This document shows positions 1 to 6,641 of a stretch of DNA of 58,129 nt, in pieces (position 1 is the stretch's first letter; each line of letters opens with the position of its first letter). This DNA is from an uncultured Candidatus Saccharibacteria bacterium (lineage in GTDB: Bacteria > Patescibacteriota > UBA1384 > UBA12157 > JAENIV01), in assembly GCA_964479405.1 (NCBI GenBank), contig CAYZMA010000002.1, positions 1 through 58,129 on the forward strand, given 5' to 3'. Both the position numbers and the translations under genes were made by a program. The notes beneath the pieces were generated by a model. It ran no database searches, was not told where the DNA came from, and saw nothing but the letters and a program-made list of their open reading frames with translations.

Positions 1-4
1 AAAG

Positions 5-49
5 AGGATATTTCTACTTTGCTTACAATAGGATATTACTACTTTGCTT
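5..49. repeat. Two 20-bp direct repeats (aggatatttctactttgctt / aggatattactactttgctt), 25 bp apart, upstream of a promoter-like site
   Basis: Read directly from the sequence. Copies lie at 5..24 and 30..49 with 1 mismatch. They sit 20-70 bp upstream of TTGACA at 71. Confidence 0.6.
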
Positions 50-70
50 TAACATGGGGTTGTTTTAAGG

Positions 71-100
71 TTGACATATCTGTGTATTTTATGCTATATT
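71..100 (+). promoter_or_regulatory. Sigma70-like promoter candidate: TTGACA (71..76), 18-nt spacer, TATATT (95..100)
   Basis: Hexamers read directly. It lies about 75 nt upstream of the ATG at 177. Not validated. Confidence 0.4.
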
Positions 101-176
101 AATAAGCTCTTCTTGAAAAAAGAGTTACTTTGAAAATCTAATCAAAATCATAATTGATAAACAGGGGGACGGATAA

Positions 177-1256
177 ATGCCAAGACCGATGCTGGCGTTG
201 CCGATGGGAAGGAAAGATTGGATAAGAGGTATAAGATGGAATTTTCTAAAATCCTGCGCGCCGATTCTTGATAAATTGGGCTGGTGTATTGGTGTTGAAG
301 TCAAGGGTTTGGTTTTAGAAGGTTGGGCGGAAGATTGTTTTAACAAGATTAAAGCTTTAGGCGGTCGTGTGACTTGGCATCCGCCGACTGATGCGATTGA
401 AAATATGGATAAAATGGAATTTGTTGCCAGCCAAGCCAACAATCTTATAGATTTTGGTTTGGAGGCAGTTACGATTCATTTACCGCCTCTGTTTCTAACA
501 AGTCAACCATTGATAGAAACGAGTCTAAAGCGCTATAATTCATCGGTAGATGCGGGCATTATGCTTGAGCATATTAAATCGCAGGTTAAGATACTGGTTA
601 AATTAAATAAAAAGATGGGTGGTATTCTCCAAATAGAGAATGTGTCGTTGATAAGTTGGAGCAAGGACGAAAATCATCGGCTGACATATCTTGCTTTGCG
701 CGCCGGTAGTTGGCTGGACATTGCTTGGATTAGTAAAGAAGTTGGGGTAAAAACTACCTTTGACAGCGAGCATTATAATTCTGCTCGGAATTTATTAATG
801 GGTATGATGGAAGACGATCTTTGTCGTTTGTCCCGTTGGCGAGTGCCAAGTTCAGCCAAGGTTGGCGAAGATGCTTATAAATTGCATTCAATCACTGGTT
901 ATTGGCTGAAAAAAGGACTGCCACCAGTTGCCTATCGGCAGATTGGTTTGATTGATTATATTGAATTAACTCAACCGACTCTTTTTCATTTGGGTGGAGG
1001 GACCCATGATGTGAACGAAAAGGGTGAATATACTAGTCATTTGCCAATTGATTTGTGTGATCCATATCAGATCAATACTTTAGATCTGATTTTGAGAAAA
1101 ATTCGTGAAACTAACGCCATCGGGGCAGTGGTAGAAGTTTGCGGTCGTTCCGAGGAGGAATGGTTTGGTTATTGGTCGCCACGGATAGAAAACGATGAAG
1201 TGGCTAAAATGCACACATATTTGACAGTTATGAATGAAATAAGCAGGGTAGGCTAA
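177..1256 (+). CDS. Hypothetical protein, possibly a xylose-isomerase-like TIM-barrel sugar isomerase/epimerase
   Basis: A 359-aa ORF with a GGGGGA purine run upstream of the ATG. Only weak motif resemblance (AVTIHLPP, LQIENVS, FDSEHY). The family is not confidently recognised. Confidence 0.45.
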   Translation: MPRPMLALPMGRKDWIRGIRWNFLKSCAPILDKLGWCIGVEVKGLVLEGWAEDCFNKIKALGGRVTWHPPTDAIENMDKMEFVASQANNLIDFGLEAVTIHLPPLFLTSQPLIETSLKRYNSSVDAGIMLEHIKSQVKILVKLNKKMGGILQIENVSLISWSKDENHRLTYLALRAGSWLDIAWISKEVGVKTTFDSEHYNSARNLLMGMMEDDLCRLSRWRVPSSAKVGEDAYKLHSITGYWLKKGLPPVAYRQIGLIDYIELTQPTLFHLGGGTHDVNEKGEYTSHLPIDLCDPYQINTLDLILRKIRETNAIGAVVEVCGRSEEEWFGYWSPRIENDEVAKMHTYLTVMNEISRVG

Positions 1257-1274
1257 AATAGTCTGCCCTTTTTT
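1245..1274 (+). terminator. Intrinsic terminator candidate
   Basis: Stem agggtaggc (1245..1253) pairs with gtctgccct (1261..1269), including two G-U pairs. The 7-nt loop contains the stop codon. A T6 run follows at 1269..1274. Confidence 0.55.
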
Positions 1275-1287
1275 AATATCCTATCAA

Positions 1288-1358
1288 TTGTCATTGCGAG
1301 GCCGGATGGCCGTGGCAATCTTTAAAATAGATTGCTTCGCTATCGCTCGCAATGACAA
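1288..1358. repeat. Palindromic intergenic repeat (ttgtcattgcgag ... ctcgcaatgacaa family), full hairpin copy
   Basis: Outer arms ttgtcattgcgag / ctcgcaatgacaa and inner arms gcaatct / agattgc were read directly. The 3' arm is nearly identical to 27584..27612. Confidence 0.8.
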
Positions 1359-1399
1359 ATAAGAGAAGCAAAAGCATTGGTGTCGGCTCTTGACAAAAG

Positions 1400-1427
1400 T
1401 TGACGAATGGGTAAAATTTGCTAAATT
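1400..1427 (+). promoter_or_regulatory. Promoter candidate: TTGACG, 16-nt spacer, TAAATT, with a TG extended -10
   Basis: TTGACG at 1400..1405, tTGc at 1419..1421 and TAAATT at 1422..1427. The 16-mer taaaatttgctaaatt recurs at 55414..55429 upstream of a tRNA. Confidence 0.45.
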
Positions 1428-1480
1428 GAAAATAGATAAAAAATAGATAAATTTAAAGCAAAACAAGGCGGAGGAAAAAT

Positions 1481-2455
1481 ATGAACGCAGGTGTTATTGG
1501 TGTAGGCAATATGGGGCGACATCATACTAGAAACTATGCTGAAATTTCCGGTGTTAATCTGGTAGCTATTTCAGATATTAATCCTAAAATCGGCAAAGAA
1601 ATTGCCGAAAAATTTAAATGTCAATACTATGAAAACTATAAAGATCTCTTAAAAAATGAAAAACTTGATTTAGTCACCATTGCCGTGCCAACCAAATTAC
1701 ACAAAAAGATTGCTCTAGATTGTATTACCGCTGGCGTTCATATTTTAATTGAAAAACCGATTGCTCTAAATGTTAAGGATGCAAAAGAAGTGGTTGAAAA
1801 AGCTCGGCAAAAAGGGGTTAAATTTACAGTTGGTCATATTGAAAGATTTAATCCGGCTGTTTTAAAGCTTAAGGAAATGATTGATTCGGGCAAGTTGGGT
1901 GAAATTATTTCGGTGGCGACTTTTCGTTTGGGACCACTACCTCCTCAAATTAAAGATGTCAATGTTGTGGTTGATATTGGCGTTCACGATATTGATATTA
2001 TGAATTGGTTTTTCTCTCGCCTACCCCGTAAAATTGTCGCTCAAGGCGGCAAAGCACTGCTGAAAAATCATGAAGATCATGTGGAGGCTTTTTTGGATTA
2101 TGGTAATGGTTCAGGTATTATGATGGCAAATTGGATTACACCTTTAAAAGTCAGAAAACTGACAGTTTCCGGCAAAAAGGCTTATGTTGAACTCAACTAT
2201 ATTACTCAAGAGCTGAATTTTTACGAAAGCAAGGTAATGGAGTCTTACGACGATTTTGGCGATTTTTTAATTAAATTCGGTGACGGTCAAGATAAAAAAA
2301 CCATTGCCGTTAATAATATTGAACCTTTGAAAGCGGAAATTAAGTCGTTTATTAAAGCAATTAAAGAAAACGGCCGGCCGGCAGTAACAGCGAGAGAAGC
2401 GATTGACGCTTTGGACATTGCCTGCAGGATTGATAGAATGATCCGCCGAGCATAG
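1481..2455 (+). CDS. Gfo/Idh/MocA-family NAD-dependent oxidoreductase, WbpB-like UDP-HexNAcA 3-dehydrogenase candidate
   Basis: N-terminal Rossmann motif GVIGVGNMGRHH. ILIEKPIA (EKP motif). GHIERFNPA. GGAGG SD. Sits next to an LbH acetyltransferase and a DegT aminotransferase. Confidence 0.8.
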   Translation: MNAGVIGVGNMGRHHTRNYAEISGVNLVAISDINPKIGKEIAEKFKCQYYENYKDLLKNEKLDLVTIAVPTKLHKKIALDCITAGVHILIEKPIALNVKDAKEVVEKARQKGVKFTVGHIERFNPAVLKLKEMIDSGKLGEIISVATFRLGPLPPQIKDVNVVVDIGVHDIDIMNWFFSRLPRKIVAQGGKALLKNHEDHVEAFLDYGNGSGIMMANWITPLKVRKLTVSGKKAYVELNYITQELNFYESKVMESYDDFGDFLIKFGDGQDKKTIAVNNIEPLKAEIKSFIKAIKENGRPAVTAREAIDALDIACRIDRMIRRA

Positions 2456-2470
2456 CTCGACGGGGAATGA

Positions 2471-2620
2471 CCAATTAATCTAATTATTCTAATTTCTAAT
2501 AGTTATTGTCATTCTGAGCGAAGCGAAGAATCTCCGACAAATGTCGGATGTTGCATTCGCGACAGATCCTTCACTGCGTTCAGGATGACATTAGGTTAAT
2601 TAGAATAATTAGAAATTAAA
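2471..2620. repeat. Composite nested palindrome filling the intergenic gap: AT-rich 9-bp-unit inverted arms around a GC-richer tgtcattctgagcg-type hairpin
   Basis: A 16-bp perfect inverted repeat, tctaattattctaatt / aattagaataattaga. Inner arms ttgtcattctgagcgaagcgaagaatct / agatccttcactgcgttcaggatgaca (2506..2590). Central hairpin tccgaca-aa-tgtcgga. Confidence 0.8.
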
Positions 2621-2622
2621 CA

Positions 2623-3294
2623 ATGCCTAAAATAAAAAAACAACAAAAGAAGGATTATTTCATCCATCCCACCGCTATTATTGAAGATGATGTTCAAATT
2701 GGCACTGGCACTAAAGTTTGGCATTATTCGCATATTCGCCAAAATACTAAAATCGGTCAAAACTGTATTGTTGGTAGCGGGGTTTTTATTGATGTTGAGT
2801 CAAAGATTGGCGACAATGTTAAAATTCAAAACAGGGCAATTATTTATCACGAGGCGATTATTGAAAATGGAGTTTTTATTGGTCCCAATGTTTGTTTTAC
2901 CAACGACAAAATTCCTCGGGCGGTTAATCCTGACGGTTCTTTAAAATTGGCTGATGATTGGGAAGTTTCAACCATTAAAATTGGCGAGGGTTCGGCAATT
3001 GGAGCTCACTCGGTTATTACTCCCGGAGTAACAATCGGCAAATGGGCGTTGGTTGGTTCTGGTTCGGTGGTGACTAAAGATTTGCCCGATTTTGCCATGG
3101 CTTTTGGTAATCCGGCCAGAATTCGGGATTTTGTTTGTAAATGCGGACAGAAGCTGAAAGAGGAAATTAGTCGTGATGAAGAAAATATCAAATTTCGTTG
3201 TAATTGCGGTTTGGAAATTACTATTCCTAAAAAAGATTATAAATTAAAAAGTGAACCGCCAACTGAAGAGAAGTTAAAAGTTTGGTTAAGATAA
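2623..3294 (+). CDS. Left-handed beta-helix (hexapeptide-repeat) N-acetyltransferase, WbpD/WlbB-like, with a C-terminal CxC..CxC zinc-ribbon-like tail
   Basis: Hexapeptide periodicity: IGTGTKVWHYSHI, IGQNCIVGSGVFI, IGDNVKIQNRAII, IENGVFIGPNVCF. The tail reads CKCG-x17-CNCG. Confidence 0.85.
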   Translation: MPKIKKQQKKDYFIHPTAIIEDDVQIGTGTKVWHYSHIRQNTKIGQNCIVGSGVFIDVESKIGDNVKIQNRAIIYHEAIIENGVFIGPNVCFTNDKIPRAVNPDGSLKLADDWEVSTIKIGEGSAIGAHSVITPGVTIGKWALVGSGSVVTKDLPDFAMAFGNPARIRDFVCKCGQKLKEEISRDEENIKFRCNCGLEITIPKKDYKLKSEPPTEEKLKVWLR

Positions 3295-3317
3295 AATATA
3301 CAAAATCCAAATGACAA

Positions 3318-4028
3318 ATGAAAATACATCCAGATTGGAAAATTAAAGAAGAAGTGATCAATGAAAATATCAAGACAATGTTTAAGAATCCGCCTTCTTA
3401 TTTTCGAAAAAGACTTGAAAAAATTGGTTTTTTTGGCAAAGACAAAATTATGCTAGACGCTGGTTGCGGCGCTGGTTATTGGTCAATTGCCGGTACTTAT
3501 TTGAATAAAAAAGTTTATGGTATTGATATCACGCCAAAATATTTGGCCTACGCTAAGATTTTGAAAAGTAGATTTAAAAAAAGAAATTTAGGATTAATTC
3601 TGGGTAAAATTGAAAAATTACCATATGAAAATAATTTTTTCGATTACATTATATCTTATAGCGTTTGGATGTTTACTGATAAAAATCAGTCATTGAAGGA
3701 ATTTTATCGAGTTTTAAAACCTGGTGGTAAGCTATATCTTGGTAGTATTACTGGTCCTGCTTGGTATCCTGGTTTAATAATAAAAGGATTAAAACTTGGT
3801 CGTAGAGAACTTATTATTTCTGGGTTTATATCAATATTTCGCGGATTGCCACTTTCGACAAAAAAAACGGGTCAAATTTTAGAAAGAAATAATTTCCAAG
3901 TTTTAGAAATTGCTGGCGATGGTGAAATCGGGGAGCAAAAAATTAAGGTCAAACCGATTTTGCCTGCCAAATTTTTAGGTTTTTGGAATATTTATGAAAT
4001 ATTAGCAATAAAAAAATTAGATAATTAG
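3318..4028 (+). CDS. Class I SAM-dependent methyltransferase
   Basis: Motif I LDAGCGAGYW. Post-I and motif II-like FDYIISYSV and LKPGGKLYL. Confidence 0.8.
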   Translation: MKIHPDWKIKEEVINENIKTMFKNPPSYFRKRLEKIGFFGKDKIMLDAGCGAGYWSIAGTYLNKKVYGIDITPKYLAYAKILKSRFKKRNLGLILGKIEKLPYENNFFDYIISYSVWMFTDKNQSLKEFYRVLKPGGKLYLGSITGPAWYPGLIIKGLKLGRRELIISGFISIFRGLPLSTKKTGQILERNNFQVLEIAGDGEIGEQKIKVKPILPAKFLGFWNIYEILAIKKLDN

Positions 4029-4031
4029 ATA

Positions 4032-4110
4032 AATAGATGAATAGATGAATAGATGAATAGAAAAATAGGGATACTGGTTACCCCTATTTATCCATTAGTC
4101 TATTAATCTA
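4032..4110. repeat. 8-bp tandem units (aatagatg x3, then aatagaaa and aataggga), a central hairpin, and inverted tagaNNaa-type units
   Basis: Units at 4032, 4040, 4048, 4056 and 4064. Hairpin aaataggg (4063..4070) pairs with ccctattt (4082..4089). The right arm ctatttatccattagtctattaatcta is the inverted counterpart. Confidence 0.7.
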
Positions 4111-4126
4111 AAAACTGGAGGTTTTT

Positions 4127-5227
4127 ATGCGTGTGAACATTGCTTCTCCTCAAATTGGGAAAGAGGAAATCAAGGCTGTTACGGATGTGATGAAGTCGGG
4201 AATGTTGGCTCAAGGGCCAAAAGTCAAGGAATTTGAAGAAAAATTTGCCAAGTTCATCGGCACAAAGTATGCCGTCGCCACTTCTTCAGGGACAACGGCA
4301 TTAGAGGTTGCTCTTCGCGCCCACGGCATCGGGACAGATGACGAGGTCATCACTACATCCTTTACATTCATAGCCAGCGCTAATTCTATTCTTTACACGG
4401 GCGCACGACCGGTTTTTACCGATATTAATGAGACAACTTTTAATCTTGATCCGGAAAAAATAGAAAAAGCCATCACCAAGAAAACAAAGGCAATTCTGCC
4501 GGTTCATCTTTATGGACAAGCTTGCGATATGACTAAAATTATGGCGATTGCGCGAAAGCATAAATTAATAGTGATTGAAGATGCTTGCCAATCTCACGGT
4601 GCGGAATATAGAAATAAAAAAGTTGGTTCTTTTGGTACGAGCGCTTTTTCTCTTTATCCGACTAAAAATATGACTACTGGCGAAGGCGGCATGATAACCA
4701 CGAATTCTAAAGAAATTTACGATCAAGCTAACTTAATTCGAGCCCATGGTTCAAAAATTAAGTATTATCACGATATTTTGGGTTATAATTACAGAATGAC
4801 CGATATTGAGGGAGCAATTGGTATTGAGCAACTTAAAAAGCTGAATAAATTTAACTCTTTAAGAATTAAAAATGCTAAATTTTTAAATAAAAATTTAGGT
4901 AAAATTGCGGGGATTATTGTGCCGGAGGAGGCTATGGGTGCAAAGCACGTTTATCATCAATACACTATTAGGGTGATTGGGGATTTTGGAGGAAGCCGCG
5001 ATAATGTCTTAAAAAAATTAACCGAAGCAGGTATTGGCACGGCCGTTTTTTATCCTTTGCCTTTGAACGAGCAGAAAGTTTATCAAGATTTGGGATACAA
5101 ATCAAACACGCCGATTGCCAAGAAAGTTTCTGAAGAAGTCTTGTCTTTACCGGTCCATCCGGAATTAAAAACAAGCGACTTAAATTACATTGTTAAAGCA
5201 TTTCAAAAGATGGCACAGCGCTCATGA
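4127..5227 (+). CDS. DegT/DnrJ/EryC1/StrS-family PLP-dependent sugar aminotransferase (WbpE-like)
   Basis: TSSGTTALEVAL, IEDACQSHGA, and SLYPTKNMTTGEGG (PLP-lysine context). GGAGG SD. Confidence 0.9.
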   Translation: MRVNIASPQIGKEEIKAVTDVMKSGMLAQGPKVKEFEEKFAKFIGTKYAVATSSGTTALEVALRAHGIGTDDEVITTSFTFIASANSILYTGARPVFTDINETTFNLDPEKIEKAITKKTKAILPVHLYGQACDMTKIMAIARKHKLIVIEDACQSHGAEYRNKKVGSFGTSAFSLYPTKNMTTGEGGMITTNSKEIYDQANLIRAHGSKIKYYHDILGYNYRMTDIEGAIGIEQLKKLNKFNSLRIKNAKFLNKNLGKIAGIIVPEEAMGAKHVYHQYTIRVIGDFGGSRDNVLKKLTEAGIGTAVFYPLPLNEQKVYQDLGYKSNTPIAKKVSEEVLSLPVHPELKTSDLNYIVKAFQKMAQRS

Positions 5228-5670
5228 AGGAAGTCATGGACACTAAAAATTATTGGCAAAAACGGCATTCACGGACGGATATTAGCACAGTTGGATTTAT
5301 CGGTTTTGGAATAACGTATAATTTTTGGATGTATAAAATCAAATCGATAGTTTTTAAATCAACTATAAAAATTCAAAAAGTTTTTTTTGCTATTCCCTTA
5401 ATGCTTACAAAAATGTTTTTTTGGCGACTTAAGGAAAAATATATTATTCGCGACTTTCATCCTTTGGTTTTATTTTATTTTTTTGGGATTTTGATGGGTT
5501 TAATTTCTATTTTTTTGTTTGTTCGGATAATCTATCTTTGGCCTATTTATGGTTTTGTGCCCAGCACCAGTTTTTTAGCTTGGATGTTGAGTATTATCAC
5601 TTCTTTGCAATTTACGATGTTTGCCATGTGGTTTGATATGGATTATAACAAAGACTTGAAAGGAAAATAA
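5224..5670 (+). CDS. Small membrane protein that looks like a fusion of two gene remnants: a methyltransferase N-terminus plus a GtrB-like GT2 C-terminal 2-TM domain
   Basis: The C-terminal ~95 aa is colinear with the C-terminus of the GT2 at 25422..26378 (FFWRLKEKYIIRDFHPLV.. vs FFWRLKIKYIIEDFHPLV..; FAMWFDMDYNKDL vs FAMWFDMDNNKDL). The N-terminus NYWQKRH..VGF.GFG..YNFWMYK resembles class I methyltransferase starts. ATGA overlap with the upstream gene. Confidence 0.5.
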   Translation: MKEVMDTKNYWQKRHSRTDISTVGFIGFGITYNFWMYKIKSIVFKSTIKIQKVFFAIPLMLTKMFFWRLKEKYIIRDFHPLVLFYFFGILMGLISIFLFVRIIYLWPIYGFVPSTSFLAWMLSIITSLQFTMFAMWFDMDYNKDLKGK

Positions 5671-6612
5671 ATGGGAAAATATATTGTTACCGGCGGCGCC
5701 GGTTTTATCGGTTCAAATATTGTCAAAGAATTAGTTCGCCGCCATCAAAAAGTAAAGGTTATTGATAATTTATTAACTGGTAAAAAGCAAAATATCAAGG
5801 ATATTATCAAAGAGATAGATTTTGTTAAAGGAGACATTTGCAATCTCAAATTACTCCAAAAAGAATTTCAGGGATATGATTATGTTTTGCATCAAGCCGC
5901 TTTAGTTTCTGTGCCCCGCTCTATTGCCGAGCCTGAAAGAAGTAATAAAAATAACATAGATGGTACCTTAAACGTTCTGATTGCCAGCCGGGATCAAAAA
6001 ATTAAAAGAGTGGTTTGCGCTTCTTCCAGTTCGGTTTATGGAGATATCAAAAGCGATTTTAAAATAGAAGGCAAAACCGGCCAGTTACTTTCTCCTTATG
6101 CTTTAACCAAATATGCCAGCGAAGTTTATTGTCGGCTTTTTTATCAAATTTATGGTTTAGAGACGATTTGTTTAAGATATTTTAATGTTTTTGGCCCCAA
6201 TCAGAATCCGGAAAGCCAATATGCGGCTGTTATCCCAAAATTCATTACCGGCATTTTTAAGGGTATAAGACCAGTCATTTTTGGTGATGGTCGCCAATCA
6301 CGAGATTTTACTTTTGTCAAAAATAATGTTGAAGCCAATATCTTAGCCGCTCATTCAACAAGAGGGGCTGGAGAAGTTTTTAATATCGCTTGTGGTCAAA
6401 GCTATAGCTTGAATGATTTAGTGAGCTTAATTAATCAAGAGTTAGGAACTAAAATCAAACCAGTTTATCAAAAACCGAGGCATGGCGACATTAAAGACTC
6501 CAAAGCTGATATTAATAAAGCTAAAAAAATACTTGGTTATAAACCTGTAATAAATTTTGAAGAAGGTTTAAAGAAAACACTTAAATGGTACCAAGAAAAA
6601 TTGAAATACTAA
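5671..6612 (+). CDS. SDR-family UDP-N-acetylhexosamine C4-epimerase, WbpP/TviC-like
   Basis: TGGAGFIGSN, VLHQAALVSVPRSI, NIDGTLNVLIA, SPYALTKYASE (YxxxK), LRYFNVFGP, YAAVIPKF, GDGRQSRDF. From memory, it is colinear with WbpP along its whole length. Confidence 0.75.
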   Translation: MGKYIVTGGAGFIGSNIVKELVRRHQKVKVIDNLLTGKKQNIKDIIKEIDFVKGDICNLKLLQKEFQGYDYVLHQAALVSVPRSIAEPERSNKNNIDGTLNVLIASRDQKIKRVVCASSSSVYGDIKSDFKIEGKTGQLLSPYALTKYASEVYCRLFYQIYGLETICLRYFNVFGPNQNPESQYAAVIPKFITGIFKGIRPVIFGDGRQSRDFTFVKNNVEANILAAHSTRGAGEVFNIACGQSYSLNDLVSLINQELGTKIKPVYQKPRHGDIKDSKADINKAKKILGYKPVINFEEGLKKTLKWYQEKLKY

Positions 6613-6641
6613 TACAATACTAATACGAACTAACTCAAATT

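Noticed and set aside
125-442. Short antisense or nested ORFs in the six-frame track. Examples: 125..442, 2681..2944, 3006..3191, 4301..4561, 4968..5174, 8955..9137, 9088..9357, 11516..11698, 12723..12923, 14253..14468, 16542..16760, 17074..17292, 17652..17837, 18472..18657, 19098..19325, 19643..19870, 20183..20446, 24778..24963, 25401..25676, 26751..26972, 27384..27581, 27710..27931, 29756..30094, 31106..31303, 31432..31693, 34660..34851, 37258..37503, 40419..40676, 41673..41903, 43799..44014, 48137..48499, 48535..48723, 53160..53629.
   Set aside because: Each lies inside or opposite a much longer ORF that carries clear family motifs. Their translations are low-complexity or biased in K, F, I and R, and none has an SD or other start context. 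I treat them as frame-shadow artefacts of AT-rich DNA.
1284-1466. A 60-aa minus-strand ORF in the first large intergenic region.
   Set aside because: It is simply the translation of the palindromic repeat (1288..1358) and the promoter-like DNA. It has no start context.
4032-4071. Possibility that the tandem repeats (8-bp units here, 7-bp units at 44922..44949) are a CRISPR array.
   Set aside because: The units are far too short, they are directly adjacent with no spacers, and no cas genes are present.
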